A stretch of DNA of 61,823 nucleotides, the filler included. It is 5 parts of 5 records of this genome, joined end to end, with 100 filler letters (N's around TTAATTAATTAA, not from the genome) between each part and the next. Parts side by side here need not be neighbours in the genome. Positions count along the whole stretch, not along the records: positions 43,729 to 55,444 come from SRR2962707_4976; 4 more parts are not named here. One strand, 5' to 3'. This document shows positions 44,983 through 55,426 of the stretch, in pieces. Position 1 is the stretch's first letter. Every line of letters starts with the position of its first letter. The notes beneath the pieces are model-generated. The model saw nothing but the letters and a program-made list of their open reading frames with translations. It was not told the origin of the DNA and ran no database searches. The position numbers and the translations under genes were made by a program.

Positions 44983-45465
44983 ATGAAAAACCTCAAAGGT
45001 TTAAGTAAGATATTTCTGATTGGCTTACCGGGTGCCGGCAAAACCACGATGGGATTGGATCTGGCTGTTGATTTGGGGTTACAGTTTGTTGACCTGGATC
45101 AGGATATTGAGAAAGCCAATAAACAATCGGTGAGAGAAATATTTGAAGAAAAGGGAGAAGCGCATTTTCGTCAATTGGAAAAACTTCATTTAGACAAAGT
45201 TTTGGATGAATTAGATGAATTTGTGATGGCGACCGGAGGAGGAACACCTTGCTTTTTCAACAACCTGGAAACGATGAAAAGGGCTGGAGTTACCATATTC
45301 ATCAATACCCCGATAGAGCAAATCAACGAGCGATTAGAAAAAGACACCACTCGTCCGTTGATGAAAACAGCTACACTCGAGGAGCTATTGGCCAAAAGAA
45401 AAGAATGGTACAGTCAAGCCGACCATACCATTCAGGAATACAAAGAACTGATTAAGCTTTTCTAG
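44983..45465 (+). CDS. aroK: Shikimate kinase
   Basis: GLPGAGKTT, DLD, GEAHFR, ATGGGTPC, RPL. Confidence 0.93.
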   Translation: MKNLKGLSKIFLIGLPGAGKTTMGLDLAVDLGLQFVDLDQDIEKANKQSVREIFEEKGEAHFRQLEKLHLDKVLDELDEFVMATGGGTPCFFNNLETMKRAGVTIFINTPIEQINERLEKDTTRPLMKTATLEELLAKRKEWYSQADHTIQEYKELIKLF

Positions 45466-46976
45466 AAGTTCAGTCCGAATGTGACTGAAACCGTAGTATT
45501 TTGAACATCAGATGTCGCAACCGGCTGATCATTCGCAATGAAATACGGAACTGCTTGCTTTTGGTACATGCTGGAAACCACAGCAAAATCCACGAAGTAA
45601 TCGACGGTGCGATAACCAAAACCAAAGGTCACGTTGGTTCGATCCTGCAGGGAAGAATCCTGAACCGGGTCAGGGAAGAATGCATATCCGGCACGTAATC
45701 GGAAACTATCAAAGCGATACTCTCCACCAACACGTACATTCATCACTGGCTCATAAATGTTTTCAATATCATCATTATCCTGAGCCGTTGAAAAATCATT
45801 GGAATTGAGGCTTGCTCTGCTATAATCAATGAACTCGAGATCGCCGGATAAAAAGCCGTTTTTACCGACAAATAGAGCCGCACCTACACCAACTTTTGAA
45901 GGTGTTCTTAATCGGTACTTGTTAACAAAAAGTGCACTCTGATAGGGATCGATTGTGCCCAAATCATAGGTAGTTGTCTCCCCGTCGACAGTCTCTGTAT
46001 AAGAAGTTCCTGCCTCCCACTCCGCATCCAAATCCAAATAGCTTTCTTCATCGATTGTCATGAAAGACGGGGAAGTGTAGCTGGCTCCCACTGTCAAGAA
46101 AGGCACAGGCCTAAAAATAGCGCCAACATTGAAGTTAATTCCTCTACCTCGCGCCGTAAGTTCATCATCAATAAAAATGGCATTTAATGAGTCCATTCCA
46201 TCAATGAAGTCAAACTCGTCATATGCCCGTTCACGCTTATAGTTCAGAAGCTGTACACCCATGCCCCCTCCGAAATAAAAAATATCATCATAGTTTCCAC
46301 CCCATGCGATATTCATCTGGTAATGAGAGCCACGTTCAGCAATATTTTCCCGCTGTATTGGATATCCACCCACAAAAGAGCCATACCCATCAGTAATTGG
46401 CGTAATCAAAAACTGATCATAAGCGGCATACCCGAGTTCGCTCAGCTCGTCAAGACTTGAGTTTCCAGCCTCTTGAAGAATATTGTCAATGATCGAATTG
46501 TAATCATTCGCTCCTTCATATGTCCGATTCAAATGATAAGAGTTATTTCGACTCAATGAAATAGCCAATGATCCACCCTTGAATTTATCATCCGTAAATC
46601 GACCTTTTCCAAAATTGATCACTGTCCCAATATTGGCAAAGTTGAAATTATTCCTAAATGTCTCCTCAGATCCCTGAGATTCAAAACCACTTCCTCTTAC
46701 AATCCCAAACTCTGTATCTGCATTAATGAAATCCAGAGAAGGAGTTACCACAAAAACACTTTTGTTAAAGAAACCCAACCCTGCAGGGTTAGAAACCGCT
46801 GAGCTGATATCTCCTCCCAGCGCAATCTGTGCTCCTCCTATCGACTGCATCCTGGCTGTACTTCCCAGGCTATATTTTGTATTACTAAAGCGATAGGCAT
46901 CCTCGAAATATTGCGCATTGGATATAACTGAATATCCTAAAAAAGAAAATACGAGTAAGATTAAATGCTTTTTCAT
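45462..46976 (-). CDS. OmpP1/FadL family outer-membrane beta-barrel
   Basis: Signal peptide; TARMQSIGGAQIALGGDISSAVSNPAGLG hatch motif; C-terminal GLNF. Confidence 0.85.
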   Translation of the reverse strand: MKKHLILLVFSFLGYSVISNAQYFEDAYRFSNTKYSLGSTARMQSIGGAQIALGGDISSAVSNPAGLGFFNKSVFVVTPSLDFINADTEFGIVRGSGFESQGSEETFRNNFNFANIGTVINFGKGRFTDDKFKGGSLAISLSRNNSYHLNRTYEGANDYNSIIDNILQEAGNSSLDELSELGYAAYDQFLITPITDGYGSFVGGYPIQRENIAERGSHYQMNIAWGGNYDDIFYFGGGMGVQLLNYKRERAYDEFDFIDGMDSLNAIFIDDELTARGRGINFNVGAIFRPVPFLTVGASYTSPSFMTIDEESYLDLDAEWEAGTSYTETVDGETTTYDLGTIDPYQSALFVNKYRLRTPSKVGVGAALFVGKNGFLSGDLEFIDYSRASLNSNDFSTAQDNDDIENIYEPVMNVRVGGEYRFDSFRLRAGYAFFPDPVQDSSLQDRTNVTFGFGYRTVDYFVDFAVVSSMYQKQAVPYFIANDQPVATSDVQNTTVSVTFGLNF

Positions 46977-46993
46977 TTACGTCAATCCGTTAA

Positions 46994-48208
46994 TTAATTT
47001 CCGCCTCTTCTACCTGAGCTAGATCTTCCAGAAGAGGATCTTGACCCGGAGGATCTACTGGAAGAAGACCCTCTTGATCTACTTACCGAACCAGAGCTTC
47101 TGGAGGGACTGGAAGACCTGACAGAAGAGCTTCTACTCCTACTTGATGCCGGTGGAGAATACGAACGGGTATTCGTTCTGCCACTAGGTCGCGTATAATT
47201 TGAATTCGTATTTGAACGACCGGAGTTATCAAATACACTTGAACGTGAATTTGTTGTTCTGGAATTTACTGAACTCGATCCACGAGAAACTCCGGGATTG
47301 TATCGGCTGCTTCTTGATCTATTTAAATAATCGGCTTGCTGTCTGCTATAGCTTCTGTTGTCATCTGATGCAATGGCTGATCCACGTCCTGAAGAAGATC
47401 GACTTTCTCGTGAGGATACAGACCCTCTGGATGGGCGAGCGCCTCTTACCACATCTCTTCCTCTGCGACTGCCATTATCCACTATGTAAACAGGCCTTCT
47501 ATAATATGGAGGACACCATGCAGAACCATAGAATCCTCCTCCCCAGCCCCAGCCATTCCAGGCCCAACTATTCCAGCCCCAGCCGGCGTTCCAACCCCAG
47601 GCCGGTCCCCACATGTTGTAGTACCATGGATCCCAGAATGGATCATACCACGGATTTCCCCAGGCATTGCCATAAGAAACCGACCAAAAACTTCCTCCCC
47701 AGCTATTTAAACCAAAACCAAATCTCCATCCTGGATTATTCCATCTGTTCCAGGTATTCCAATTGTCATTATAGTAGTTGTTGATAATAACAGGCTGATT
47801 GTTAGGATTGTCATAATTCTCATAACTAGTCACTTGAGGATCACTATAATTAGGGTTTCGGTCAGTCCCATTCACATAGGCACTTTGAGAATTCTGAGAT
47901 ATATAATCTTCCTGCTTCTTCTCAGGCTCGTAATAGTCAAGTGACTCCTGACTAACATCCACTGTAGGATTGGCTTCCTGAAACTGACGTCCCAAAAAAC
48001 TGGTCGCTTCAACTTCCTCTACCGGTGGTACATAGAGCTGTTGTCCCTCAGCTTGTGTTTCATAAGAAGGATAAGACATCTCCACCTTCTTTTTTTTCTT
48101 CTTACGATCTTCTTTCGTATAATATAGATCGTCGTACTCCTGACCGAAAGCTCCGATCAATAAAATACTGAAGATGGTGGCCAAAAAGATTTTTACATAC
48201 TGTCTCAT
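46994..48208 (-). CDS. Hypothetical secreted low-complexity protein (W/G/N/Y-rich core, Arg/Ser-rich tail)
   Basis: Signal peptide, EYDDLYY motif, aromatic/Gly-rich middle, about 150-aa S/R/G/N tail; AGGAGG upstream. Confidence 0.85.
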   Translation of the reverse strand: MRQYVKIFLATIFSILLIGAFGQEYDDLYYTKEDRKKKKKKVEMSYPSYETQAEGQQLYVPPVEEVEATSFLGRQFQEANPTVDVSQESLDYYEPEKKQEDYISQNSQSAYVNGTDRNPNYSDPQVTSYENYDNPNNQPVIINNYYNDNWNTWNRWNNPGWRFGFGLNSWGGSFWSVSYGNAWGNPWYDPFWDPWYYNMWGPAWGWNAGWGWNSWAWNGWGWGGGFYGSAWCPPYYRRPVYIVDNGSRRGRDVVRGARPSRGSVSSRESRSSSGRGSAIASDDNRSYSRQQADYLNRSRSSRYNPGVSRGSSSVNSRTTNSRSSVFDNSGRSNTNSNYTRPSGRTNTRSYSPPASSRSRSSSVRSSSPSRSSGSVSRSRGSSSSRSSGSRSSSGRSSSGRRGGN

Positions 48209-48264
48209 AACTCCTCCTTTTTTTATTTAACGATCTCCAGCGCCTCTCTGTTCTCCTCCTCTGC

Positions 48265-48272
48265 TATATTTG
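48265..48272 (+). promoter_or_regulatory. Bacteroidota -7 element (TATATTTG) for proS
   Basis: Exact TAnnTTTG about 60 nt upstream of the proS ATG. Confidence 0.65.
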
Positions 48273-48302
48273 CGTCCCCTGGAAAATCTTATTTACTAAA
48301 AG

Positions 48303-48318
48303 AGCAAACTCCATACCA
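48303..48318 (-). promoter_or_regulatory. Putative sigma-54 (-24/-12) promoter
   Basis: Minus strand TGGTAT-GGAGT-TTGCT matches TGGYAY-N5-TTGCW with correct GG-N10-GC spacing. Confidence 0.7.
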
Positions 48319-48334
48319 AAAGAAATAAAAGTAC

Positions 48335-49804
48335 ATGGCAAAAGCGATCCCTTCACGTTCTGAAGATTACTCACTCTGGTATAATGAATTGGTAAAAAAG
48401 GCCGGATTAGCAGAAAATTCTCCGGTTAGAGGCTGTATGGTCATCAAACCTTATGGTTTTGCGATCTGGGAAAAAATGCAACAAACCCTGGATCGGATGT
48501 TTAAAGATACCGGACACGAAAATGCTTATTTCCCGCTTTTGATCCCAAAATCATTTTTAAGCAAAGAAGCCGACCATGTAGAAGGTTTTGCAAAAGAATG
48601 CGCCGTAGTTACTCATTATCGTCTGAAAAATGATGAGAATGGCAAAGGTGTAGTGGTAGACCCTGAAGCTAAACTGGAGGAAGAACTAATCATCCGTCCT
48701 ACCTCCGAAACAGTGATTTGGGACTCATATAAAAACTGGATCCAGTCTTACCGAGACCTGCCAATTCTTGTAAATCAATGGGCCAACGTGATGCGGTGGG
48801 AAATGCGTACTCGTTTATTCCTCCGAACTGCAGAATTCCTTTGGCAGGAGGGGCATACCGCCCACGCAACTAAAAAGGAGGCCATTGACGAAACCCATCA
48901 GATGCTGAATGTATATGCCACATTTGCCGAAGAATTTATGGCCATGCCCGTGATTAAAGGCGTGAAAACTGAAAGCGAGCGATTCGCCGGAGCAGTTGAC
49001 ACCTATTGTATCGAAGCAATGATGCAGGACGGCAAAGCTCTACAGGCCGGAACTTCACACTTCTTGGGTCAAAATTTCGCTAAGGCATTTGACGTGAAGT
49101 TTGCTACGAAGGAAGGGAAAGAAGAATTGGTGTGGGGAACTTCATGGGGAGTAAGTACCCGATTGATGGGTGCCTTGATCATGGCACACTCAGATGATGA
49201 CGGTTTAGTGCTTCCACCAAAGCTTGCTCCGATTCAGGTGGTGATTGTACCCATTTATTTTAAGGATGAAGATTTGGAAAAAATCAAGGAAGTTGTAGAG
49301 CCAATCCTTACTGAACTGAAAGCAAAAGGCATTTCTGTCAAGTTTGATACAAGAGATACGCACAAGCCGGGTTGGAAATTTGCTGAATATGAATTGAAAG
49401 GGGTGCCAGTCCGAATGGCCATTGGACCGAAAGATCTAGAAAAAGGAACAGTGGAGATTGCCCGAAGAGATACCAAAGAAAAATCTTTCCATCCGATTGA
49501 TGGAGCTGTGGACCATGTGGCTCAGCTACTTGAGGATATCCAGGAAAATATTTACACCAAAGCAAAGAATTTCCGTGAGGAGAATACCAGAGAAGCAGAT
49601 ACCTACGATGAGTTTAAGAAGTTAGTAGAGGAAGGATTTGTCTACGCCCATTGGGATGGCACTACTGAGACGGAGGAGAAGATTAAAGAGGAGACCAAAG
49701 CAACGATTCGCTGTATTCCCCTGGATCAGAAAAAGGAAGATGGAAAGTGTATCTTTACCGGAAAGCCTTCAAAAGGCAAAGTATTATTTGCTAAAGCATA
49801 TTGA
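48335..49804 (+). CDS. proS: Proline--tRNA ligase (archaeal/eukaryote-like type)
   Basis: [43 protein letters not shown]-terminal FAKAY. Confidence 0.97.
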   Translation: MAKAIPSRSEDYSLWYNELVKKAGLAENSPVRGCMVIKPYGFAIWEKMQQTLDRMFKDTGHENAYFPLLIPKSFLSKEADHVEGFAKECAVVTHYRLKNDENGKGVVVDPEAKLEEELIIRPTSETVIWDSYKNWIQSYRDLPILVNQWANVMRWEMRTRLFLRTAEFLWQEGHTAHATKKEAIDETHQMLNVYATFAEEFMAMPVIKGVKTESERFAGAVDTYCIEAMMQDGKALQAGTSHFLGQNFAKAFDVKFATKEGKEELVWGTSWGVSTRLMGALIMAHSDDDGLVLPPKLAPIQVVIVPIYFKDEDLEKIKEVVEPILTELKAKGISVKFDTRDTHKPGWKFAEYELKGVPVRMAIGPKDLEKGTVEIARRDTKEKSFHPIDGAVDHVAQLLEDIQENIYTKAKNFREENTREADTYDEFKKLVEEGFVYAHWDGTTETEEKIKEETKATIRCIPLDQKKEDGKCIFTGKPSKGKVLFAKAY

Positions 49805-50274
49805 TGGAGTGGTTGATCATTATCGGATTAATGTTATTAGGCACGTTTTTAATCGTCGCTGAAATCATTTTTGTTCCAGGCACCACGGTGGTGGGAATTC
49901 TAGGTTTCATATTTTCAGCCTATTGTATCTATCTGGGTTATGATTATTTCGGTCCTACAACCGGAACATTGATATTGATAGGAGGTTTAATTCTAAATGT
50001 CATTGCATTGGTTATCGCTTTTAAGGGTCGTTCATGGGAGCGATTTTCGCTAAAGGGTACGATGACCGGAAAATACAATGACGACTATAAATTTGATATT
50101 AAAGTAGGTGATAAAGGAACCACGATCTCATCACTAAAGCCCATCGGAAAAGCCATCTTCAAGGATCACGAAATAGAAGTGAGATCCAATGGTGGTTATG
50201 TCGATGAAAATATAGAAATTGAGGTCTTGAGAATTGAGTCATCAAGAATTTTTGTACAACCTGTAAAAAACTAA
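49804..50274 (+). CDS. NfeD family protein
   Basis: [10 protein letters not shown] region plus OB-fold ([12 protein letters not shown]); immediately upstream of floA. Confidence 0.88.
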   Translation: MEWLIIIGLMLLGTFLIVAEIIFVPGTTVVGILGFIFSAYCIYLGYDYFGPTTGTLILIGGLILNVIALVIAFKGRSWERFSLKGTMTGKYNDDYKFDIKVGDKGTTISSLKPIGKAIFKDHEIEVRSNGGYVDENIEIEVLRIESSRIFVQPVKN

Positions 50275-50278
50275 AATC

Positions 50279-51319
50279 ATGGGTAGCAGTGTAATGCTCA
50301 TTTTACTTGTAGTAGGTGGGATTATTCTCTTTTTTATATTCCTCTACTTTGTTCCGGTCAACCTCTGGATCACAGCCATTTTCTCCGGAGTTCGGGTAGG
50401 CCTTTTGGAGTTGGTATTTATGCGAATCAGAAAAGTACCGCCATCAATCGTAGTGAATTCATTGATCACTGCAACAAAGGCCGGACTTACTATCCAGGAA
50501 ACTGCCGACAGTCCGCCAAGACCATTGAAAACACAAGAATTGGAAACACACTATCTGGCGGGTGGTAACGTACCGCAGGTAATCAAAGCGTTGATCTCTG
50601 CGGACAAAGCAAATATTAGCCTTACGTTTAAGCAGGCTACTGCCATTGACCTGGCGGGTCGAGATGTATTTGAAGCGGTTCAAATCTCTGTAAACCCTAA
50701 AGTAATTAATACACCTTCGGTTGCGGCGGTTGCGGCTGATGGTATTCAGCTTGTGGCAAAAGCACGAGTGACCGTTCGGGCCAACATCCAGCAGCTTGTT
50801 GGAGGTGCCGGAGAGGACACCATCCTTGCACGTGTTGGGGAAGGTATCGTTACTTCCATTGGTTCTGCCGCCACTCACAAAGAAGTACTGGAGAATCCTG
50901 ATAAGATATCGAAGCTCGTTCTCCAGAGAGGTTTGGATGCAGGTACTGCATTTGAAATCCTTTCCATTGATATAGCAGACGTAGATGTAGGAGCAAACAT
51001 TGGTGCGAAACTACAAACCGATCAGGCATCTGCAGACCTGAAAGTGGCAGAGGCTAAGGCAGAGGAAAGAAGAGCTATGGCAGTTGCCGAAGAGCAGGAG
51101 ATGGTAGCTAAAGCACAAGAGGCAAGAGCGAAAGTGATCCTTGCTGAAGCCGAGGTTCCTAAAGCATTGGCTGAAGCTTTCAGAAGCGGAAATCTTGGTG
51201 TGATGGACTATTACAAGTTCCAGAATATTGAAGCCGATACTGATATGAGAAGTTCGATCGCAGGCTCAGGAAAGAAAAAAGGAGGGAGTTCCAAAGGATC
51301 TTCCAGCAAGAAAGATTAA
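50279..51319 (+). CDS. floA: Flotillin-like protein FloA (YqfA/UPF0365)
   Basis: [55 protein letters not shown]. Confidence 0.93.
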   Translation: MGSSVMLILLVVGGIILFFIFLYFVPVNLWITAIFSGVRVGLLELVFMRIRKVPPSIVVNSLITATKAGLTIQETADSPPRPLKTQELETHYLAGGNVPQVIKALISADKANISLTFKQATAIDLAGRDVFEAVQISVNPKVINTPSVAAVAADGIQLVAKARVTVRANIQQLVGGAGEDTILARVGEGIVTSIGSAATHKEVLENPDKISKLVLQRGLDAGTAFEILSIDIADVDVGANIGAKLQTDQASADLKVAEAKAEERRAMAVAEEQEMVAKAQEARAKVILAEAEVPKALAEAFRSGNLGVMDYYKFQNIEADTDMRSSIAGSGKKKGGSSKGSSSKKD

Positions 51320-51340
51320 ATCATAACTAACCTAAAAAGA

Positions 51341-51373
51341 GAGCCTCTTGGAGAAATCTGAGGGGCTTTTTTT
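51341..51373 (+). terminator. Intrinsic terminator after floA (possibly bidirectional)
   Basis: AGCCTCTTGGA-GAAA-TCTGAGGGGCT stem then T run; A run upstream; lies between convergent genes. Confidence 0.8.
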
Positions 51374-51424
51374 ATTCCTTTAGATTGTAGATTAGTCCTC
51401 CGCTGGCAGTGATTGGGGAACCTT

Positions 51425-51982
51425 TTACTCGCTCACCTTTTCAGGAGTAAACTCACCTTCAAGTTCAATGGCTTGCTTGATATGAGCTAAGTGATGCTTA
51501 CAGTGCCAATCGTATAGGCCAAGCATCCATTCCAGCGTGAATTGCTTGTCATGTTCCGGGTGGAAATACGTGCGTTTTTTATGCTCATCTTTCAGCGATT
51601 TTAGCAAAATCACCCAACGCTTATGAAGACCTTCCAGAATCTCAATCGAATCCATAATCTCCTCATTATCCGCATCAGCAATTTTAGCCCAGGCTGCTTC
51701 ATTGTAAGGTTTAATCGTTGGATTGTCCTCTGTGAGTACCAGCTTAAAACGAATGAAACTGTTCATGTGGCTATCAGCTAGATGATGTACCACTTGTTTG
51801 ATATTCCAGCTTCCGGGGCGATATTGAAGCTCAAGCTCATCATATGAGAGATTCCCTACTAGCTTTTTCAATTTCTCCGGCATTGCTTCAATGGTAGTAA
51901 TCCACTGATTGAATATATCTTCGGTGATTTCCGCTGGCGATTCATACTTGCCAACAGGATATTTTAATACATCTAAATCCAC
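51425..51982 (-). CDS. bstA: YfiT/DinB family bacillithiol transferase-like protein
   Basis: LKYPVG, YRPGSWNIKQVVHHLADSH, PTIKPYNE, WHCKHHLAHI; start reassigned to GTG 51982. Confidence 0.85.
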   Translation of the reverse strand: MDLDVLKYPVGKYESPAEITEDIFNQWITTIEAMPEKLKKLVGNLSYDELELQYRPGSWNIKQVVHHLADSHMNSFIRFKLVLTEDNPTIKPYNEAAWAKIADADNEEIMDSIEILEGLHKRWVILLKSLKDEHKKRTYFHPEHDKQFTLEWMLGLYDWHCKHHLAHIKQAIELEGEFTPEKVSE

Positions 51983-51989
51983 AGTCAGG

Positions 51990-52499
51990 TTATTTTTTGC
52001 GCTTAAAGATAGGCACTGTGCTGCAAGGTTCACCATACATGAGGCTAGTAACCACAGGAAACAGCTTTTCGGTGATTTTGGTGTAAGCGTATTCAATATT
52101 CTTTACATCTCCACAGCCCTTTACTACCACCTTTTTTTCTTTTAAATCGAGATGAGCCATGCACTTTTCAATGGCCTGGTCTATTAAAGCTTTTTCGATG
52201 GCCTCTTCATTTCCAAATGTCACCATATTAGCAAACTCTTTCACCTTGGTAACCAACAGCATGTACGCCCAGGTAGGAACAATAGCATCGGCGGTGCAAA
52301 TCAGTCCTACATTCTTATCTTGATAGACAGACCAGTCGTTTTCTTTAATGAAATCCCTAAAATCCTTTTCTCGTAAAATCAACCCTTCAAAAAGTGTATC
52401 CTTCACATCAAAAATGGCATACTCACCTTTATGAAGGTACTCTTCCAGATCAACTGATACGAGCGGACTTTTGGCTACTCTGTTTACAATTTCTTCCAT
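51990..52499 (-). CDS. DUF2480 family protein
   Basis: EIVNRVAKS, LREKDFR, CTADAIVPTWAYML, VKGC, SLMYGEPCSTVP. Confidence 0.88.
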   Translation of the reverse strand: MEEIVNRVAKSPLVSVDLEEYLHKGEYAIFDVKDTLFEGLILREKDFRDFIKENDWSVYQDKNVGLICTADAIVPTWAYMLLVTKVKEFANMVTFGNEEAIEKALIDQAIEKCMAHLDLKEKKVVVKGCGDVKNIEYAYTKITEKLFPVVTSLMYGEPCSTVPIFKRKK

Positions 52500-52502
52500 C
52501 GG

Positions 52503-53183
52503 TTACAGCAACTGTTTTTTAGGCTTAGTAGTTCGCCATTCCTTTAGGTAATTGGGTTCAAAGTATGCGACATCCTCAAAATCCTTGGCATCAAACCTCT
52601 CCCGGGCTAACCTTCCCATATTTTTAGCTTCTGGGAAAATATCATCGATGAAAATCAAATTATCCTGGTTGGCAATATCCCTGAATTTGGGCATTCCATC
52701 ACCAAATAAGTAAAGCGGCTTATCGAACTCTCCAAACGTGTTTTCATCCAAAATTTTTGGTTGAAGCTCCCAAATTATTTTCCCATTCTGATCCTCAATC
52801 TGCGTATAAACTTCCATTCTCCTTGCATCCATCATAGGGCAAAGCAAATGATCACCTAAAAATTTGTCTCGAACAGCTTCCGCTATTACATCTAATGAAG
52901 GAATGGCAATGAGGGGTTTATTTAACGTGTAGCAAATTCCTTTTGCATTGGTAACACCAATTCGTAACCCTGTATAAGAGCCTGGTCCAGAGGAAACCGC
53001 CACGGCATCCAGGTCAGTAAAAGTCACGTTCGCTTCCTTACACACCTCAAGCCCAATCCCGGGCAAGAGGGAGGAGTGTGATTTTTCAACCTGATGATTT
53101 TGACTAGCCAGCAGCTCTCCATTCTTGTGGAGTGCTACTGAGCAAACCATTGTGGAGGTCTCTATGCTGAGAATTAATGCCAA
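52503..53183 (-). CDS. tsaB: tRNA t6A biosynthesis protein TsaB
   Basis: IETST, HS, GPGSYTGLRIG, DARRMEVY, EPNYLK. Confidence 0.95.
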   Translation of the reverse strand: MALILSIETSTMVCSVALHKNGELLASQNHQVEKSHSSLLPGIGLEVCKEANVTFTDLDAVAVSSGPGSYTGLRIGVTNAKGICYTLNKPLIAIPSLDVIAEAVRDKFLGDHLLCPMMDARRMEVYTQIEDQNGKIIWELQPKILDENTFGEFDKPLYLFGDGMPKFRDIANQDNLIFIDDIFPEAKNMGRLARERFDAKDFEDVAYFEPNYLKEWRTTKPKKQLL

Positions 53184-54842
53184 CTAGTTTGGGTTTAGAA
53201 TAGACTTGTATTTCACAGGATCACTCAAAACAGCAATGGCTGCCTGAACATCAGGATCCTTTCCAAAGGTAGATTCGATGATGCCTCGTTCATAAAAATA
53301 CCGACCGGCAATTTCCTGCTCCAGAAGCATGATTATTTCTTCTTTGAAGGTTTCTAGATCTCTTTCCTTATTGTGCTTGGTAGCTTGCTCCAGGTTATCA
53401 AAATAGCTTTTTAGCTGATTGTATTTCTTTTCTTCTTTCGCAATGTCTATAAGTTTTTTCGTTTCCTTTTCAACCCTTGTGACATAGTCGAAATCACGTC
53501 CGGACAGCCACTTTTTGAAATTCTCATATTCCGCATCTGTCAACCGGATTTCATCAGGTGATGATGGGTTCATGTCTGTATTTTTATAAAAATATTCCGT
53601 CGCATAATAGAAGATGTGATCATCATTCATCAGACGCTTCGTGATTGGAGCAAACTCTAACTTCTCAACTTCTACATCAGGATCAATACCCCCGCCATCG
53701 AAGACCTTCCTTCCATTTAATGTGTAAAACTCATTTTTTAAGGAATCTGGAATTTTACCCACACTTCCATCCTCATTTCGATTACTGTAATCAATAGCTT
53801 GAATGCATCGACCTGTTGGTGTGTAATACTTTGCTGTGGTTATTTTCACCACTGCATCATAGGATAATGGGCGTTCAATTTGAACCAGTCCTTTACCAAA
53901 CGTCTTCCGCCCGATTAAAACCCCTCGATCGTAATCCTGCATCACACCGGAAACAATCTCAGATGCTGAAGCACTGCCATTGTCTGTTAGCACCACTACA
54001 GGTATCTCTGGATCAACAGGATCATTTAGTGTCTTATACGTCCAGTCATTGGCTCTTACTTTTCCTTTTTGTGTAACAATTTTTTTCCCTTTCTCGACAA
54101 AAACATTCGAGACATTCACCGCTTCATGTAACAATCCGCCTGGATTTCCACGAAGATCAAGAATGATTTTTTCAGCTCCCTGCTCCATCAAATCCAGCAC
54201 TTTGATGCCGACCGATCTTCCTACATTTTGAGTGAAACTTGTGAGTCTCACGTATCCAATATCATCGCTGACCATGCCTGCATACGGCACACTATCCACT
54301 GCAATTTTTTCACGTTTTACATCTACATCAAACATCTCCTTCTGCCCATATCGTTTGATCGTCAATGTGATAGCTGAGTTTGATTGACCTTTCATCAGGT
54401 AGCGAACCTCTTCCTGTGATTTTCCTTCTAGTGAAATTCCATTGATCGCATGTATTTCATCGCCGGCCCGAAGACCTGCTTCATGAGCTGCAAATCCTTC
54501 ATAGGGCATCACAATAGTGCTAACTCCATCCTTGCGTTCCACAACAGCACCTATTCCGGAATACTCCCCTGTAGTCATCATACGATAGCTCTCAATATCA
54601 TCAGCTGCTATGTAATTAGTATAAGGATCCAGGGTCTCCAACATCTCATCAATCCCGGATTGCATAAGTGTTGTTGGATTGATTTCATCTACATAGTGCG
54701 TGTTCACCTCTTTGAAAAGGGTAGCGAAAATGTCAAGGTTCTTGAGTATTTCGAAGTACCGATCGGTGGGTGGCTTTACTGCGGCTACTAATAAAATCAT
54801 AGCCAAAATCGAAGGCAGGATAATCTTAACTTTTCTACTCAT
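53184..54842 (-). CDS. S41 family carboxy-terminal processing protease
   Basis: LDPYT, PDZ (GIGA), DLRGNPGG, SASASEI, TFGKGLVQ, YYTPTGR. Confidence 0.93.
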   Translation of the reverse strand: MSRKVKIILPSILAMILLVAAVKPPTDRYFEILKNLDIFATLFKEVNTHYVDEINPTTLMQSGIDEMLETLDPYTNYIAADDIESYRMMTTGEYSGIGAVVERKDGVSTIVMPYEGFAAHEAGLRAGDEIHAINGISLEGKSQEEVRYLMKGQSNSAITLTIKRYGQKEMFDVDVKREKIAVDSVPYAGMVSDDIGYVRLTSFTQNVGRSVGIKVLDLMEQGAEKIILDLRGNPGGLLHEAVNVSNVFVEKGKKIVTQKGKVRANDWTYKTLNDPVDPEIPVVVLTDNGSASASEIVSGVMQDYDRGVLIGRKTFGKGLVQIERPLSYDAVVKITTAKYYTPTGRCIQAIDYSNRNEDGSVGKIPDSLKNEFYTLNGRKVFDGGGIDPDVEVEKLEFAPITKRLMNDDHIFYYATEYFYKNTDMNPSSPDEIRLTDAEYENFKKWLSGRDFDYVTRVEKETKKLIDIAKEEKKYNQLKSYFDNLEQATKHNKERDLETFKEEIIMLLEQEIAGRYFYERGIIESTFGKDPDVQAAIAVLSDPVKYKSILNPN

Positions 54843-55227
54843 GTGATTTATTCGTATTGCTAGTACCCAAACGTTCCAAACACTTAATTAGTTGAGCCTG
54901 GATGTTATCAAAGGTTAAAATCTCTTTTGAAAGATAAATGAAAGCAATGTAAAGAGCGGACTCGTTCTCTCCTTTATGGAGCAAATGCTTATTCAAGCGG
55001 TAAGCTTCCCGTATCCTTCGTTTAAGAAGATTTCGATCAACCGCTCTCTTGAAGTTCCGCTTAGGGACGGAAATGAGAATTTCATTGGGGCCGACAAGTT
55101 CAGATTGCAGGTGCCTGATTTGGAAGCTGTCCAAATAAAAAGAGGAACCTTTTTTGAACAGTCCCTCAATTTTTTTCTTACCGGAAAGTCTTTCCTTTTT
55201 GGAAAAACTGTATTTAGAAAGGCCCAT
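54835..55227 (-). CDS. rnpA: Ribonuclease P protein component
   Basis: FSKKERL, SVPKRNFKRAVDRNLLKRRIREAYR; downstream of rpmH. Confidence 0.95.
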   Translation of the reverse strand: MGLSKYSFSKKERLSGKKKIEGLFKKGSSFYLDSFQIRHLQSELVGPNEILISVPKRNFKRAVDRNLLKRRIREAYRLNKHLLHKGENESALYIAFIYLSKEILTFDNIQAQLIKCLERLGTSNTNKSHE

Positions 55228-55238
55228 AGGCCATGAAT

Positions 55239-55394
55239 TTACTTCTTGTGGATTTCGTCAGAAACCGTTAGTCTCTTACGACCTTTAGCTCTTCTTCGTG
55301 AGATCACAGATTGCCCATTTACACTCTCCATTCTCTTTCTGAATCCGTGCTTGTTTTTCTTCTTTCTTACTGAAGGTTGAAATGTTCTTTTCAT
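55239..55394 (-). CDS. rpmH: 50S ribosomal protein L34
   Basis: Manual translation [51 protein letters not shown]; not in the ORF track (51 aa). Confidence 0.96.
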   Translation of the reverse strand: MKRTFQPSVRKKKNKHGFRKRMESVNGQSVISRRRAKGRKRLTVSDEIHKK

Positions 55395-55426
55395 TGTCTT
55401 TTTCTTTCTCCCTTAAAAACGGAGGG

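Noticed and set aside
51983-52096. N-terminal extension of BstA overlapping DUF2480
   Set aside because: Family similarity starts near DLDVLKYPVG; GTG at 51982 removes the overlap.
53184-55394. rpmH-rnpA followed by an S41 protease rather than yidD-yidC
   Set aside because: As I recall this order is usual in Bacteroidota, so it is not a novel rearrangement.
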